Assembly (NCBI GenBank): GCA_014360685.1
Contig: JACIXB010000006.1
Location: 31,078 to 95,077, forward strand
DNA from: Actinomycetota bacterium
GTDB taxonomy: Bacteria; Actinomycetota; Geothermincolia; Geothermincolales; RBG-13-55-18
DNA: 64,000 nt
Direction: 5' to 3'
A program made the position numbers and the translations under genes. Of the stretch, positions 1 through 10,325 are shown piece by piece. The notes under the pieces were generated by a model. It was not told the DNA's origin. It saw only the letters and a list, made by a program, of their open reading frames with translations, and did no database searches. Position 1 is the first letter of the stretch; every line of letters starts with the position of its first letter.

Positions 1-78
1 GACCACCTCCACAGTCGATCGATTTTTCCTCGGTATTCCATCCACTCCTTAACCTGCAGCGCCATTGACGTTCATGGT

Positions 79-780
79 TCAGTTCCCCAGGCCTTCCGGC
101 AGCAACTCCCCGCAGTCCGCGTTTACCCTCCTTATCGTCTCAAGGTATCCTTCTTTGTCCAGGTCTCCGGTGAGCAGTTCGATCCTTTCGCGGATTATCA
201 TCTCGGAATAGACCCTACGCGCTTCCTCTTCCCTGCCGAGTTTCCTGTACAGCACTATCAGTCCCCGGGATAAGGTGAGCAAGCCGATGATCTTGGGCCT
301 CTGCGAAAAGGCCTTCTCGAAGGCCTGCAACGCCTCCGGGTACCTTTTCTCCCGTAGATACAGGTCGGCGAGGCTGAAGTACAGGTCGGCGGATTCCGGG
401 TTGGCCCGGATGCCCGCCAGGTTCACTTCCATGGCCTCCTCCCTGCGCCCGGCATCGTAAATAAGCCCTGAAAGTATATAGTAAGCGTCCTCGTAGTGGG
501 GATCGAGGTAGGTGATGATCCGGTAGTAGGGGATCAGTTCCGCGTCGCTGCCGTACACGTGGTACAGCTTGTCCGTCTTGATGAAGAAGGTGTAGGCGAA
601 ATACTGGCGGATGCCTCCCATGAAGCGGGCCAGGCTGGCCGCGGAGGGGAAATTTCCAGCCCTTTCACCGGAACCGGCGGGCGTATGGTCCAGGCCTACC
701 TGGAAGGCCATGGCCAGGCACAGCATGGCGACAACCAGTCCCGCCTTCCTCCACCCCTCTCTCGAGAGAATTGCCTTCAT
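79..780 (-). CDS. TPR-repeat protein with N-terminal membrane anchor
   Basis: 233-aa ORF. Hydrophobic N-terminal segment (GLVVAMLCLAMAF) followed by TPR-like helical repeats (ADLYFSLADLYLREKRYPEALQAFEKAF). Same strand, 50 nt downstream of the ABC-2 permease. Confidence 0.6.
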   Translation of the reverse strand: MKAILSREGWRKAGLVVAMLCLAMAFQVGLDHTPAGSGERAGNFPSAASLARFMGGIRQYFAYTFFIKTDKLYHVYGSDAELIPYYRIITYLDPHYEDAYYILSGLIYDAGRREEAMEVNLAGIRANPESADLYFSLADLYLREKRYPEALQAFEKAFSQRPKIIGLLTLSRGLIVLYRKLGREEEARRVYSEMIIRERIELLTGDLDKEGYLETIRRVNADCGELLPEGLGN

Positions 781-830
781 CTCTTTTCACCACCATGATC
801 CGCCACTGCCGGGAAGAACCACCGCGGCGC

Positions 831-1622
831 TCAGAGGTCCTTCCTCTCCAGGAGGAAAGCCCCCAGGGAAAGGAAGACGGCCGCGAAGGCCGCCGCCAAT
901 CCCAGCAGAAGGAGGAGTTCCGGGGCCCCTACGCGGAAGACCCTCTCCCCGTGGGCCACGGTCTCGTTTATGTTCAGCCTCTCCAGGTTGGGAAGCAGGT
1001 AGTAGAAAAGGCCCGCCAGGCCCCGGAGTACCGCCGGGTGACCGGGGTCGGTCATGGTGCGGTAGAGGAAATCGCCCTTCACGTGGCAGACCACGTAGAA
1101 AAGCCCGGTCAGGAGGACGCAAACCACGGGGCTCAGGTGGACGGAGGCCAGCATGGCCACCGCGGCCAATAGCGCTCCCTCCAGAAAGATGGCCAAAAGG
1201 GCCTTGGCCAGGCCCGGGCTGAACACGCCGAACTTGACGCCCACCAAGGCCAGCACCACCCCGTAGGCCACCAGCAGGCTGGCGGCCAGAACGGCCAGGA
1301 TTCCCAGGTATTTCCCCAAGAAATAGCGCTTCCTGCTCACCGGTCTGGAGAGCGCGTTGTAGATGGTCCTCTTTCCCATTTCGCCCGGCAGGATGGTGGA
1401 GGCCAGGATCACCGCCAGTACGAAGGCCATGATGCTCACCAGACCCAAAGCGGCTTCCCGGGCCAGGTCCAACTGCACCCCCACCTCCGCCGAGGGTAGC
1501 ATGGGCACCAGGAGGATGAGGATAGCGGTGAAGGCCAGCACGGCGTAGAAGACCTTGCGGTGCAGGGCGTCCTGTACCACCCCCCAGGCCACGGTGAGCA
1601 GGTCGGAGGCGAACCTTTTCAC
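831..1622 (-). CDS. ABC-2 type transporter permease (NosY/GldF-like)
   Basis: 263-aa polytopic membrane ORF. Its GTG start overlaps the stop of the upstream ATPase gene by 4 nt (GTGA at 1619-1622), which implies translational coupling. Confidence 0.7.
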   Translation of the reverse strand: MKRFASDLLTVAWGVVQDALHRKVFYAVLAFTAILILLVPMLPSAEVGVQLDLAREAALGLVSIMAFVLAVILASTILPGEMGKRTIYNALSRPVSRKRYFLGKYLGILAVLAASLLVAYGVVLALVGVKFGVFSPGLAKALLAIFLEGALLAAVAMLASVHLSPVVCVLLTGLFYVVCHVKGDFLYRTMTDPGHPAVLRGLAGLFYYLLPNLERLNINETVAHGERVFRVGAPELLLLLGLAAAFAAVFLSLGAFLLERKDL

Positions 1623-2548
1623 TTCCCATCACCACCCGACCGGCCTACCCGCTCCAGGAAGAATTCCTCCAGGCTCATGCGCCTGGGCCCCACCCCTTCT
1701 ACCTCCAGCCCGGCGTCCAGCAGGCGCCGGAGGACGGTTCCCAGTGCCTCGCGCGGCACCACCACCCCGGTGCGGTCGTCCGCCCATGCCGCCGGTGGGG
1801 GGAGGTCCGGCTCCCTCCCCGCGGGAGGAGGGGCGGCCAGCCGCACCAGGAACTCGTCCCGCGAGCGCAACAGTTCGTCCAGGGCCCCCGAGGCCACGTT
1901 CCGTCCCTCGGATATGACCGCCACCCGGTCGCAGATCTCCTCTATCTCCGAGAGCTGGTGCGAGCTCAGGAGAACGGTCACCCCCGAGCGTCGCAGGTCG
2001 TTCAGGAGGTCCCTGACTTCTATCTTCCCCAGAGGATCAAGGCCGGTGGAGGGCTCGTCCAGGATCAGTAACTCCGGCTCCGCGAGGAGGGCCTGGGCCA
2101 GGCCCACGCGCTGCAGCATTCCCTTGGAGAACTTTTCCATGGTAAGATCTCCCACCTCCCCCAGGCCCACCAGGTTCAGCAGGTGCGCGGACCTCGCCTT
2201 GATGCTTTCCTCGGACATCCCGGAGAGCCGCCCGTAATACCGGAGGATCTTCCGAGGCGTGAGATAGAGCTCGAAATAGGGTTGCTCGGGGAGGAAGCCC
2301 ACCCGCGACCTCGCCCGGGGGTCAGAACCTTGGCTCCCGAAAAGGGATATCCTTCCCCTGTCCGGCCTTACCAGCCCCATGACGGCCTTGAGGGTGGTGG
2401 TCTTTCCCGCCCCGTTGGGCCCCAAAAGCCCCACCACGCCGCCGCGGGGAACCTCCAGCTCCAGCCCCCTCAGGGCCACCCGGGGGGGCCTACCCCACCG
2501 CGAAGGGTAGCTCTTGTGCAGATCCTCTACGCGGAGGACCGTGTCCAT
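1619..2548 (-). CDS. ABC transporter ATP-binding protein
   Basis: Walker A GPNGAGKTT, signature FSKGMLQRV, Walker B LLILDEPSTGLD. The ATG lies only 7 nt after the pilT stop codon. Confidence 0.9.
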   Translation of the reverse strand: MDTVLRVEDLHKSYPSRWGRPPRVALRGLELEVPRGGVVGLLGPNGAGKTTTLKAVMGLVRPDRGRISLFGSQGSDPRARSRVGFLPEQPYFELYLTPRKILRYYGRLSGMSEESIKARSAHLLNLVGLGEVGDLTMEKFSKGMLQRVGLAQALLAEPELLILDEPSTGLDPLGKIEVRDLLNDLRRSGVTVLLSSHQLSEIEEICDRVAVISEGRNVASGALDELLRSRDEFLVRLAAPPPAGREPDLPPPAAWADDRTGVVVPREALGTVLRRLLDAGLEVEGVGPRRMSLEEFFLERVGRSGGDGK

Positions 2549-2555
2549 GGCCGGC

Positions 2556-3620
2556 TTATCCTATGAGCCTCTCCATCTCGTCGCGGTTGTTGCACCTGGA
2601 CATGGCCACCTCGTAGGAGATGATCCCCCTCTTGTACAGGGCGGCGATGGACTGGTCCATGGTCTGCATCTTGTATTGTCCGCCGGCCTGCATGGCGGAA
2701 TAGATCTGGTGCGCCTTGGCCTCCCGGATGAGGTTGCGGATGGCCGAAGTGGCCACCATGACCTCCACGGCGGGTACCCTGGACTGGCCGTCCTTGGTGG
2801 GCAGCAGCTGCTGGGTGACGATGGCCTGGATGGTGGAGGCCAGCTGCATGCGCACCTGCTGTTGCTGGTAGGTGGGGAAGACGTCGATGATGCGGTCGAT
2901 GGTCTGGGGCGCGTCCTGGGTGTGCAGGGTGGCGAAGACCAGGTGGCCGGTCTCCGCGGCGGTGAGGGCCGTGGAGATGGTCTCCAGGTCCCTCATCTCT
3001 CCCACCAGGATGACGTCCGGGTCCTGGCGCAGCACGTACTTGAGGGCGTTGGAGAAGGAATGGGTGTCGCCCCCCACCTCCCTCTGGTTGACGATGCACT
3101 TCTTGTGCACGTGGAGGAACTCTATGGGATCCTCCACGGTGATGATATGCAGGTTGCGGTTCTCGTTGATGACGTTGATCATGGCCGCCAGGGTGGTGGA
3201 CTTCCCCTGCCCCGTGGGCCCGGTAACCAGGACGAAACCGCGGGGCAGCATGCAGAAATCGTAGAGCACCGGCGGGAGGTTCAACTCCTCGATGGTCTTG
3301 ATGCGGTAAGGGATGATGCGGAAGGCGGCCCCGATGCTGTTCCTCTGGAAATAGGCGTTGACCCGGAAACGGGCGCTTCCCGGCACGGAGTAGGAGAGGT
3401 CGAACTCCAGGTTGCTCTCCAGCTGCTCACGCTGCCGGGCGGTGAGGATGCTGTACACCATGTCCCGGGTGTCGTTGGAGGTCAGCTTGGGATATTCTTC
3501 CAGGCGGACCAGGACCCCGTTGATGCGCATAACCGGCGGCGCTCCCACCGTGATGTGCAGGTCGGAAGCGCCCCTTACAAGTACCTCCTCCAGCAGCTCG
3601 TTGATGTCCAGCTTGGCCAC
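2556..3620 (-). CDS. pilT: Type IV pilus retraction ATPase PilT
   Basis: 354 aa. N-terminal ASDLHITVGAPP, Walker A GPTGQGKST, Walker B ILVGEMRD, His box GHLVFATLHT. Size is typical of PilT. Confidence 0.9.
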   Translation of the reverse strand: MAKLDINELLEEVLVRGASDLHITVGAPPVMRINGVLVRLEEYPKLTSNDTRDMVYSILTARQREQLESNLEFDLSYSVPGSARFRVNAYFQRNSIGAAFRIIPYRIKTIEELNLPPVLYDFCMLPRGFVLVTGPTGQGKSTTLAAMINVINENRNLHIITVEDPIEFLHVHKKCIVNQREVGGDTHSFSNALKYVLRQDPDVILVGEMRDLETISTALTAAETGHLVFATLHTQDAPQTIDRIIDVFPTYQQQQVRMQLASTIQAIVTQQLLPTKDGQSRVPAVEVMVATSAIRNLIREAKAHQIYSAMQAGGQYKMQTMDQSIAALYKRGIISYEVAMSRCNNRDEMERLIG

Positions 3621-3659
3621 TATCCTCTCCTCCTCTCGGATGGTTTTTCTCGCCGAATT

Positions 3660-5330
3660 TCACATGATGACCCTCAGCACCTCTTCCAGTGAGGTTATAC
3701 CCTGCCTGACCTTTATGAAACCCTCCTCGCGAAGGGTGCGCATGCCCTCCGACCTGGCCATCTCCGCGATCTCCACGTGGGGGGCGTTCCGTGCCACGAG
3801 GTGCTCGATGTTCTCGGTCACTTCCAGGACCTCGAAGATGCCCACCCGACCCCGGAATCCGGTGTTGTTGCAGGCCGGACAGCCTCGGGGACGGAAGAGG
3901 ACGTGTTCGTCCCCCTCCTCCCAACGGAATCCGATCTTCTCCAGGTACTCCTCATCCGGTTCGTAGGGCTCCTTGCAGCGCACGCAAAGGCGGCGGGCCA
4001 GGCGCTGGGAGCTGACGCAGTCCACCGCGGAGGCGATGAGGAAGGGCTCGATGCCCATCTCCAAGAGGCGGGTCAGGGCGCTGGGAGCGTCATTGGTGTG
4101 CAGGGTGGAAAGAACCAGGTGGCCGGTGAGGGCGGACTCGATGGCGATCTGGGCCGACTCCGGGTCTCGTATCTCCCCGATCATGACGATATCCGGGTCG
4201 CAGCGCAGTATGGACCTCAAGGCCGCGGCGAAGGTCAACCCCGCCTTGTAGTGCACCTGCACCTGGTTGATGAGGGGAAGCCGGTACTCCACCGGGTCCT
4301 CCACGGTGATGATGTTCTTCTTGATGGTGTTGAGAACGTTGAGGGTGGCGTATAGGGTGGTGGTCTTCCCGCTGCCGGTAGGTCCGGTCACCAGGATGGT
4401 TCCGTAAGGCTTGTTGAAGCTCTTGGAATATCTTTCCAAACTATCCTCGCTGAAGCCCAGCTCCTCCAGGCTCATCAGGGAGGCGCTCTTGTCCAGGATG
4501 CGCAGGACTATCTTCTCCCCGTGGATGGTGGGCAGGGAGGCCACGCGGAGATCCACCGGCTTTCCCATGACCTCCACCGAGGTGCGCCCGTCCTGGGGCA
4601 ACCTCTTCTCGGCGATGTTCATGTCTGCCATGACTTTTATCCTGGCCACCACCCCGGGGTGGATCTGCTTGGGGTTGCGCCGTATCTCGTGGAGGACGCC
4701 GTCGATGCGGAAACGGATGCGCACGTCGTTCTCCATAGGTTCGATGTGCACGTCGCTGGCCCGGTCGTTCACCGCCTCGGAGATGAGGAGGTTCACGTAT
4801 TTCACGATGGGGGCGTCCTCGGCGTCCGCCGCTTCCCCCGCCTCCTCGGCCGCCCTTTCCGCGAACTCCTCCGCCCCCAGGTCCAGGTCGGCCTCCGTGC
4901 GGCAGTACCGGTTGATGGCCGCGATTATGTCCTCCTTGGTGGCCACCACCGGTTCCACGTCCATCCCGGTCATGATGCGCACGTCGTCCAGGGCGAAGAC
5001 GTTGGTGGGGTCGGCCATGGCCACCAGGAGCTTGTCCCCCTCGAAACCGATGGGGATGAGGGTGTAACGGCGCGCCACCTCCGCGTCCACCAGGGAGCAG
5101 GCGGAGATGTCCACGTCGTAATTGGCCAGGTCCACGTAGCGCAGCCCGATCTGCCGTGCCAGGATGGAGGTCAGGGCGCCCTCGCTCACCATCTTCAAGT
5201 CCACCAGGACCCTTCCCAGCGGTTCGCCGGTCTCCCGCTGCCTCTCCAGGGCCTGCTGCAGCTGTTCTTCCGTTATCACCCGGTTTTTGAGCAGCAGCTG
5301 GCCCAGTCTTTCCTTCTTGGGCTTCTCCAT
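3660..5330 (-). CDS. pilB: Type IV pilus assembly / type II secretion ATPase (PilB/GspE family)
   Basis: 556 aa. GspE-type N-terminal domain, Walker A GPTGSGKTT, IMIGEIRD, GHLVLSTLHTN, C-terminal tetracysteine CVRC...CPAC. Confidence 0.9.
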   Translation of the reverse strand: MEKPKKERLGQLLLKNRVITEEQLQQALERQRETGEPLGRVLVDLKMVSEGALTSILARQIGLRYVDLANYDVDISACSLVDAEVARRYTLIPIGFEGDKLLVAMADPTNVFALDDVRIMTGMDVEPVVATKEDIIAAINRYCRTEADLDLGAEEFAERAAEEAGEAADAEDAPIVKYVNLLISEAVNDRASDVHIEPMENDVRIRFRIDGVLHEIRRNPKQIHPGVVARIKVMADMNIAEKRLPQDGRTSVEVMGKPVDLRVASLPTIHGEKIVLRILDKSASLMSLEELGFSEDSLERYSKSFNKPYGTILVTGPTGSGKTTTLYATLNVLNTIKKNIITVEDPVEYRLPLINQVQVHYKAGLTFAAALRSILRCDPDIVMIGEIRDPESAQIAIESALTGHLVLSTLHTNDAPSALTRLLEMGIEPFLIASAVDCVSSQRLARRLCVRCKEPYEPDEEYLEKIGFRWEEGDEHVLFRPRGCPACNNTGFRGRVGIFEVLEVTENIEHLVARNAPHVEIAEMARSEGMRTLREEGFIKVRQGITSLEEVLRVIM

Positions 5331-6203
5331 TTACCTTTTCGCCTCCATGTCGCCCCGTTCCACGGCTTTGCGGTAAGCTTCTCGCATGACCTCCAGCGGT
5401 GCGGGCTTCTCCGTCCATAGGGCGAAGGAAGCCGCCGCCTGGTGGATGAGCATCCCGCCTCCGTCCGCCACCCGGGCCCCTCTCTGGGCTGCGAAACGCA
5501 GGAGGGCGGATCGACGGCCGTATTTGAGGTCTATGACCCACTTTCCCTCATCCAGGAACGAGTAGTCGATGGGTAGCTCCTCCCCCTCGTCCCCGGAGAG
5601 AGGGGTGCAGTTCACCACCAGTTGGCAATCCCTCAAGACCTTCGCGCCCTCCTTATCCAGCTTCCCAACCCTAATTTCGGTCGAGGCAACCACGCCCTTT
5701 AACCTCTCCCGCAGCTCGAGGGCCCTGGATTCCGTGCGATTGAGCACGTATACGGTTCGGGCGCCTTCCCGCGCCAGGGCCAAGACCACCGACCTCGCCG
5801 CGCCGCCCGCCCCCAGAAGGCCGACGGTCACGCCGGTGACGTCCACCCCCGCTTCCCGCAGTAGGCCCTGGAATCCCGTCGGGTCGGTGTTGTGCCCCAC
5901 CAGGCGGCCGTCCTCCACCACCAGGGTGTTAGCCGCCCCCAGTACCGCAGCCTCGCCGCGCAGTTCGTCGGCCAACCTCGCAGCCTCCACCTTGTGGGGA
6001 ACGGTCACGTTGGCCCCCCGGAAATCCAGGGCCGCCAAACCCCGCAGGGCGGCGTGCACGTGCTCAGGCTTGACCCGAAGCGGCACGTACACCCAGTTCA
6101 TGGCCAAAGCCCTGAAGGCGGCGTTGTGCAGGGCCGGGGAGAGGGTGTAGGAAATGCCGTGGCCGATAATCCCCACCAATTGCGTATTTCCATCTATTAC
6201 CAT
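5331..6203 (-). CDS. aroE: Shikimate dehydrogenase
   Basis: GIIGHGISYTLSPALHNAAF substrate motif and GLLGAGGAARS Rossmann motif. The maximal ORF reaches 6257, but the ATG at 6203 gives the canonical N-terminus (MVIDGNTQLVGIIG). The stop TAA directly abuts the pilB ATG (TAAATG). Confidence 0.85.
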   Translation of the reverse strand: MVIDGNTQLVGIIGHGISYTLSPALHNAAFRALAMNWVYVPLRVKPEHVHAALRGLAALDFRGANVTVPHKVEAARLADELRGEAAVLGAANTLVVEDGRLVGHNTDPTGFQGLLREAGVDVTGVTVGLLGAGGAARSVVLALAREGARTVYVLNRTESRALELRERLKGVVASTEIRVGKLDKEGAKVLRDCQLVVNCTPLSGDEGEELPIDYSFLDEGKWVIDLKYGRRSALLRFAAQRGARVADGGGMLIHQAAASFALWTEKPAPLEVMREAYRKAVERGDMEAKR

Positions 6204-6362
6204 ATACTCACGCCCTTCCCGCCGAACGTGATCCTGGCGCAAGGTTCTCCTATTCAAGGAATGATGATGATCCGTAACGACGTCATCCGCATCCCCGTTC
6301 CATTATTTTAATCGCCTTCTGCGGGAGCGGGAACGGGCAGGGGGGCTTACCGGACCCGCGAC

Positions 6363-6896
6363 CTACTTGTCCAGGGTCTTCAGGATGTCGTAGAGGAGCC
6401 CCAGGAGTACCTTCTTGACGTCTTCCTTTTCCAGGGCGTTGCAGGGAATTACCTGAATATCTCCGTCGATGTTCAATTCCTTGCGGATCCTTTCTATAAC
6501 CGCCTGCTGGTCTCCGTCCGGCATGCGGGTCGCTCCCACCACGAAGGGAGCGTCGGAGAGCGTGGAGAAGAACTCGAGGATGCGCCTGCCCTCGGGGAAG
6601 GTCTCCGGGCGGCTGGCGTCCAGCATGAGGATGTATCCCAACATTCCCTCGGAGAGGATCTGCCACATGAAATCGAACCTCTCCTGGCCGGGTGTCCCGA
6701 AGAGGTAGAGCACGATGTCCTTGGAGATGGTGATGCGGCCGAAGTCCATGGCCACGGTGGTCTCCGCCTTTACCCTCCGCGTGGAATCGGAGATGGCCCG
6801 CTCGGTGGAGACGATGGCGATCTCGCTTATGCTCTTGATGAAGGTGGTCTTGCCCGCGCTGAAGGGCCCGGTGACCACGATCTTGAAGGAACGCAA
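6363..6896 (-). CDS. Small Ras-like GTPase, MglA/CvnD-like (COG2229-type ATP/GTP-binding protein)
   Basis: 177 aa. P-loop GPFSAGKT, switch-I ETTVAMDFG, MglA/CvnD-style G3 FGTPGQERF. The G4 position reads GATRMPD rather than NKxD. TTG start 15 nt after the PATAN gene stop. Confidence 0.8.
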   Translation of the reverse strand: MRSFKIVVTGPFSAGKTTFIKSISEIAIVSTERAISDSTRRVKAETTVAMDFGRITISKDIVLYLFGTPGQERFDFMWQILSEGMLGYILMLDASRPETFPEGRRILEFFSTLSDAPFVVGATRMPDGDQQAVIERIRKELNIDGDIQVIPCNALEKEDVKKVLLGLLYDILKTLDK

Positions 6897-6911
6897 CTCC
6901 CCTTACACCCC

Positions 6912-9900
6912 TTACAACCTCTTTATGCCGTCTATGATGCGCATGATCAAGCTCTTGGTTACCGCCTTATCCCGTTTCACCTTGGGCACCGGCTTTCCCT
7001 TTTCTATTTCCTCCACCCTGCCCTCTTCTCCTTTCGGCTTTATAGGTATCTTTATCTTCTTGGTCGGCTGCGGCACGGCGGCACCGGTGAGCTCGGCCAG
7101 TTCCCTTTCCAGCGAATAGCGGTCGATATCCAGCTCGCCGTACTCCACCTCCGCCGTTTCTCCGGGAGGAACCGCCGCGGCGGTTTGCGCCTCCCCGGTC
7201 CCGGCCATTGTGTGCATCGGCTTTTTCTCCTCCGGGGTTAACGGCCGGGACGCGGGGTACACGGTCTCCGTGGAAGCGGCGGACGGTCCTGCCCCTGGTG
7301 CCACTTCTTGCTCCTCCACCGGGGAAATCTCCTCCAAGCCGCCTTTCGCCTCTTCAGCGACTGTTAATCCAGCCTCTTCCCCGGTCTCCGGCTTTTCATA
7401 CCCGGTCAGGGGGGCGCTCTCCGGCTCGGTCACCGGGAGGCTTTCCTCCGGGGCCCTCTCCGGCGCCGGGGGCGCCTCTGCGGGCGGGGATTCCACCAGC
7501 TGCCCCATGAGGTCCAGGGTCCGGGGGGCCTCTTCCGCCGGGGGAGCCTCGGACACCGCCTCCGGGGGTGGAGCCTGCTCCGGTTGAGCCAGGGTGCTCT
7601 CCGGCTCGGTCACCGGGAGGCTTTCCTCCGGGGCCCTCTCCGGCGCCGGGGGCGCCTTTTCCTCCTCCAGTTCCTTTACCAGTTCTTCTATTTCGGCGGC
7701 CATCTCCGGAGCCTGAGGTTCGGAGCTCAAGATCTCCTCCTCGAGGGCACTCAGCTCCTTTTCCAGATCCTCGAGTCCCAGGACCTCCTCAGGCTGTCCT
7801 CCCTCCAGGATTTCCTTTTCCAGTTCCTCGATCTCCGAGAGTATGTCCTCGCCCGGAATTCTTTCATTCAGCCCCAGGGCCTGGAGGGAATCATCGACGT
7901 CGAAGAAGGTTCCGGAAGCAAGGCCGGCGTGGGCTTCCTCTTGGATTCCGGTTTCGGAAACCTCCATCACTTCGCTTTCCCCGGCCAAGGCCTCCTCGGG
8001 GGGGAGGTCCTCGAGCATGACCCTCTCCAGGACCTCCGCGGCCGCTTCTCCGGTTTCTTTCTCCTCCTCCCGGGCCTCCGTCCCCAGGTCAGCCCGGGCC
8101 GTCTCGGGCAGGGTTTCCCCGGCCAAGGTCTCCTCGGGGGGGAGGTCCTCGAGCATGACCCTCTCCAGGACCTCCGCGGCCGGATATCCTTCTTTCGCCG
8201 GAGATCTACCCGTTCTCCTCTCCAGCTCCTCCAGTGGTATCCTCACCGTCATGGAGCCCTTCTCATGCGGGCCTCCCAAGCCAGCCAGTATCTCGTCCAG
8301 GCTACGCTCGCTGATCCGGCGCAGGTAGGCCTCATCGGGATGTTCCGAGGGAGAGACGGTTTCCGGTTCCTCGGGAAGCCCGGTCCCGACCTCGATCCCG
8401 GATCCTTCCCCCACCGGCTGCCCACGGAGGCGGAAAGTGCTTCCCAGTATCCTTGATGGATCCAGCGCCGGAGTAACCGGACCCTCCAAGGAGAGAGGTT
8501 TTTCCGCCTTCTCTCCCCAAGTCTTCGAGAGGTGGCTCTTCCATTCCTCGGGTATCTCGTCGGGCTCCAGTTCCGGTATTTCCTCATCCCTGGCCAAGCG
8601 GGCAATCTTGCCGTATTTCTTCTCCAGGTAGGCCCTCTTGGCCGCCCGGGCCTCGGCGCTCTCCCGGGTCATCCGTTCCAACGGCGGAGACGGCGTCTCC
8701 GGCTTGGGAAACGGCTTCTCCTCCGGTTCCTCAAGGGCCATTCCTTCCGGCAAAAGGGCACTTATCTTGCGCTTCAACTCCTCGAGCTCCGCTTCCTTGC
8801 TCTCTATCTGCAGTACTTTCTCCGCTTCCTCGCTCTCCTCCATGGCGGCTTTCTTCATCTCCTGGATGGCCTGTTCCTCTCTCCTTCTCTCCTCCTCCAG
8901 GAGACGCAGGGAACCATTGAGGATATTGACATCCGCGGTACCGGTCCCCGGAAACGCTCCGGTGGGGGTCTCGGCGCTCTCCTCTTCGATGAGTATCTCT
9001 CCCTCCGAATCGCCTCCTATCTCTATCTCGAGGGGCTCCGCCTCTCCCGCCTCCGGGGAAACCTCCGCCGCCTCCACCCCGGCACCCTCTTCCAGGGACA
9101 CGGGGAGTTCGGGAGGAAGCAACGTCTCCGCAACGGCCTCCCCGGGTAGGGACTCCTCCGCTTCGGGGACCGCTCGGGTGATCTCTTGCTCCGCCGCCTC
9201 CACCCCGGCACCCTCTTCCAGGGACACGGGGAGTTCGGGAGGAAGCAACGTCTCCGCAACGGCCTCCCCGGGTAGGGACTCCTCCGCTTCGGGGACCGCC
9301 ACGGCTATGCCCTCGGCGGCCGGGAGGTCCGCAACCGACCCCACCGCCTCCTCTATCTCCGCAACCGGATGACCCTCCCGGGCTTCCTCCGCTTCCATCA
9401 CCTCCGCTGAGGGAAGCTGTTCCCCGGGAGCGGCCTGGAGGGTTTCCGTACTTGCCTCCTCCGCCATGACCTCTTCCCCGGATGCCGGAATCTCCTCCAG
9501 CCTGGGAAGCTCCTCCAGCGGCGGCACCTCCAGGACCCTCTCTTCACCGGCCGCCTCGAGCTCCTGGGCCAGCCTCTCCAGGCGGCTCCCGGCTTCCCTC
9601 TCCTCCCGGTCCGGGGTAACGTTCTCCAGCAGCCCGGAGCTGATCAAACCGTAGAGGATCTTGCACGTATGCAGGGTACTCATGCCGGTCTTTTCCACGA
9701 TCTGGCGAACCGTCTTCTCACCGTCAACGTGGGTCAGAACCATCCACTCCTCAGGGGTCAAGCTTATCTGGGCGGCTTCCCTTCCCTGCATGGAGGTCAT
9801 CTTGAAGACCGTATCGAGGTTGGGTATCTTCTTCTCGATACGGTTCCACTCGTCGAGTCTACGCGAGCCCTCCATGATCAGCTCCTCGGTGCTGATGGAG

Positions 9901-10325
9901 AGCCCTATATCCTCCTCGGGGAAAACCACTCCGGGCTGAAACTCGAACTCGCCGTCCGTCCAACGGAGCATCTCGAAAACGGCGTCCTGGATCTGCTCTT
10001 CTACGAAGACTTCCAGCTGCTCCTTGGTGATGTAGCCCAACCTGATAAGAAGCTGCCCCAGTCGCTGTCCCCTGGCGGTGGTCTTCTGCAACTCCAAGGC
10101 CTCCTCCAACTGGGCCCGGGTGATGATCCCCGCCCCCAAAAGTTTCATGCCCAGGGATTGCCTCTTCCAGTTAGTGGTGGCGAAGAAGACCTCGCCGTTA
10201 CGGAAACATATATAACCCCTGGCTTGCCCCCGGATGAGGTTGAGGGTGCCGTTCTTCTTTCCGAAATTTAGCAACTGGAACAGGTCGGGAAGGCTGAAAT
10301 CCTTTAAACTTCCCTTGAGAGCCAT
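6912..10325 (-). CDS. PATAN (DUF4388) domain protein with about 850-aa acidic Glu/Pro/Ala-rich repeat region
   Basis: 1137 aa. N-terminus [28 protein letters not shown]...GEVFFA is the PATAN/DUF4388 signature. A helical segment follows ([42 protein letters not shown]), then low-complexity acidic sequence with internal duplications and a short basic C-terminus. GGAGGAG SD before the ATG. Confidence 0.75.
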   Translation of the reverse strand: MALKGSLKDFSLPDLFQLLNFGKKNGTLNLIRGQARGYICFRNGEVFFATTNWKRQSLGMKLLGAGIITRAQLEEALELQKTTARGQRLGQLLIRLGYITKEQLEVFVEEQIQDAVFEMLRWTDGEFEFQPGVVFPEEDIGLSISTEELIMEGSRRLDEWNRIEKKIPNLDTVFKMTSMQGREAAQISLTPEEWMVLTHVDGEKTVRQIVEKTGMSTLHTCKILYGLISSGLLENVTPDREEREAGSRLERLAQELEAAGEERVLEVPPLEELPRLEEIPASGEEVMAEEASTETLQAAPGEQLPSAEVMEAEEAREGHPVAEIEEAVGSVADLPAAEGIAVAVPEAEESLPGEAVAETLLPPELPVSLEEGAGVEAAEQEITRAVPEAEESLPGEAVAETLLPPELPVSLEEGAGVEAAEVSPEAGEAEPLEIEIGGDSEGEILIEEESAETPTGAFPGTGTADVNILNGSLRLLEEERRREEQAIQEMKKAAMEESEEAEKVLQIESKEAELEELKRKISALLPEGMALEEPEEKPFPKPETPSPPLERMTRESAEARAAKRAYLEKKYGKIARLARDEEIPELEPDEIPEEWKSHLSKTWGEKAEKPLSLEGPVTPALDPSRILGSTFRLRGQPVGEGSGIEVGTGLPEEPETVSPSEHPDEAYLRRISERSLDEILAGLGGPHEKGSMTVRIPLEELERRTGRSPAKEGYPAAEVLERVMLEDLPPEETLAGETLPETARADLGTEAREEEKETGEAAAEVLERVMLEDLPPEEALAGESEVMEVSETGIQEEAHAGLASGTFFDVDDSLQALGLNERIPGEDILSEIEELEKEILEGGQPEEVLGLEDLEKELSALEEEILSSEPQAPEMAAEIEELVKELEEEKAPPAPERAPEESLPVTEPESTLAQPEQAPPPEAVSEAPPAEEAPRTLDLMGQLVESPPAEAPPAPERAPEESLPVTEPESAPLTGYEKPETGEEAGLTVAEEAKGGLEEISPVEEQEVAPGAGPSAASTETVYPASRPLTPEEKKPMHTMAGTGEAQTAAAVPPGETAEVEYGELDIDRYSLERELAELTGAAVPQPTKKIKIPIKPKGEEGRVEEIEKGKPVPKVKRDKAVTKSLIMRIIDGIKRL
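7416..7657. repeat. Intragenic direct repeat: two identical 62-bp copies (7416-7477, 7596-7657), period 180 bp
   Basis: Read directly from the sequence. Encodes a duplicated [20 protein letters not shown] block. Confidence 0.85.
7976..8182. repeat. Intragenic direct repeat: two 69-bp copies (7976-8044, 8114-8182), one mismatch, period 138 bp
   Basis: Read directly from the sequence. Encodes a duplicated [17 protein letters not shown](A/T)LAGE block. Confidence 0.85.
9063..9299. repeat. Intragenic direct repeat: two identical 111-bp copies (9063-9173, 9189-9299), period 126 bp
   Basis: Read directly from the sequence. Encodes a duplicated [37 protein letters not shown] block in the PATAN protein. 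Confidence 0.9.
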
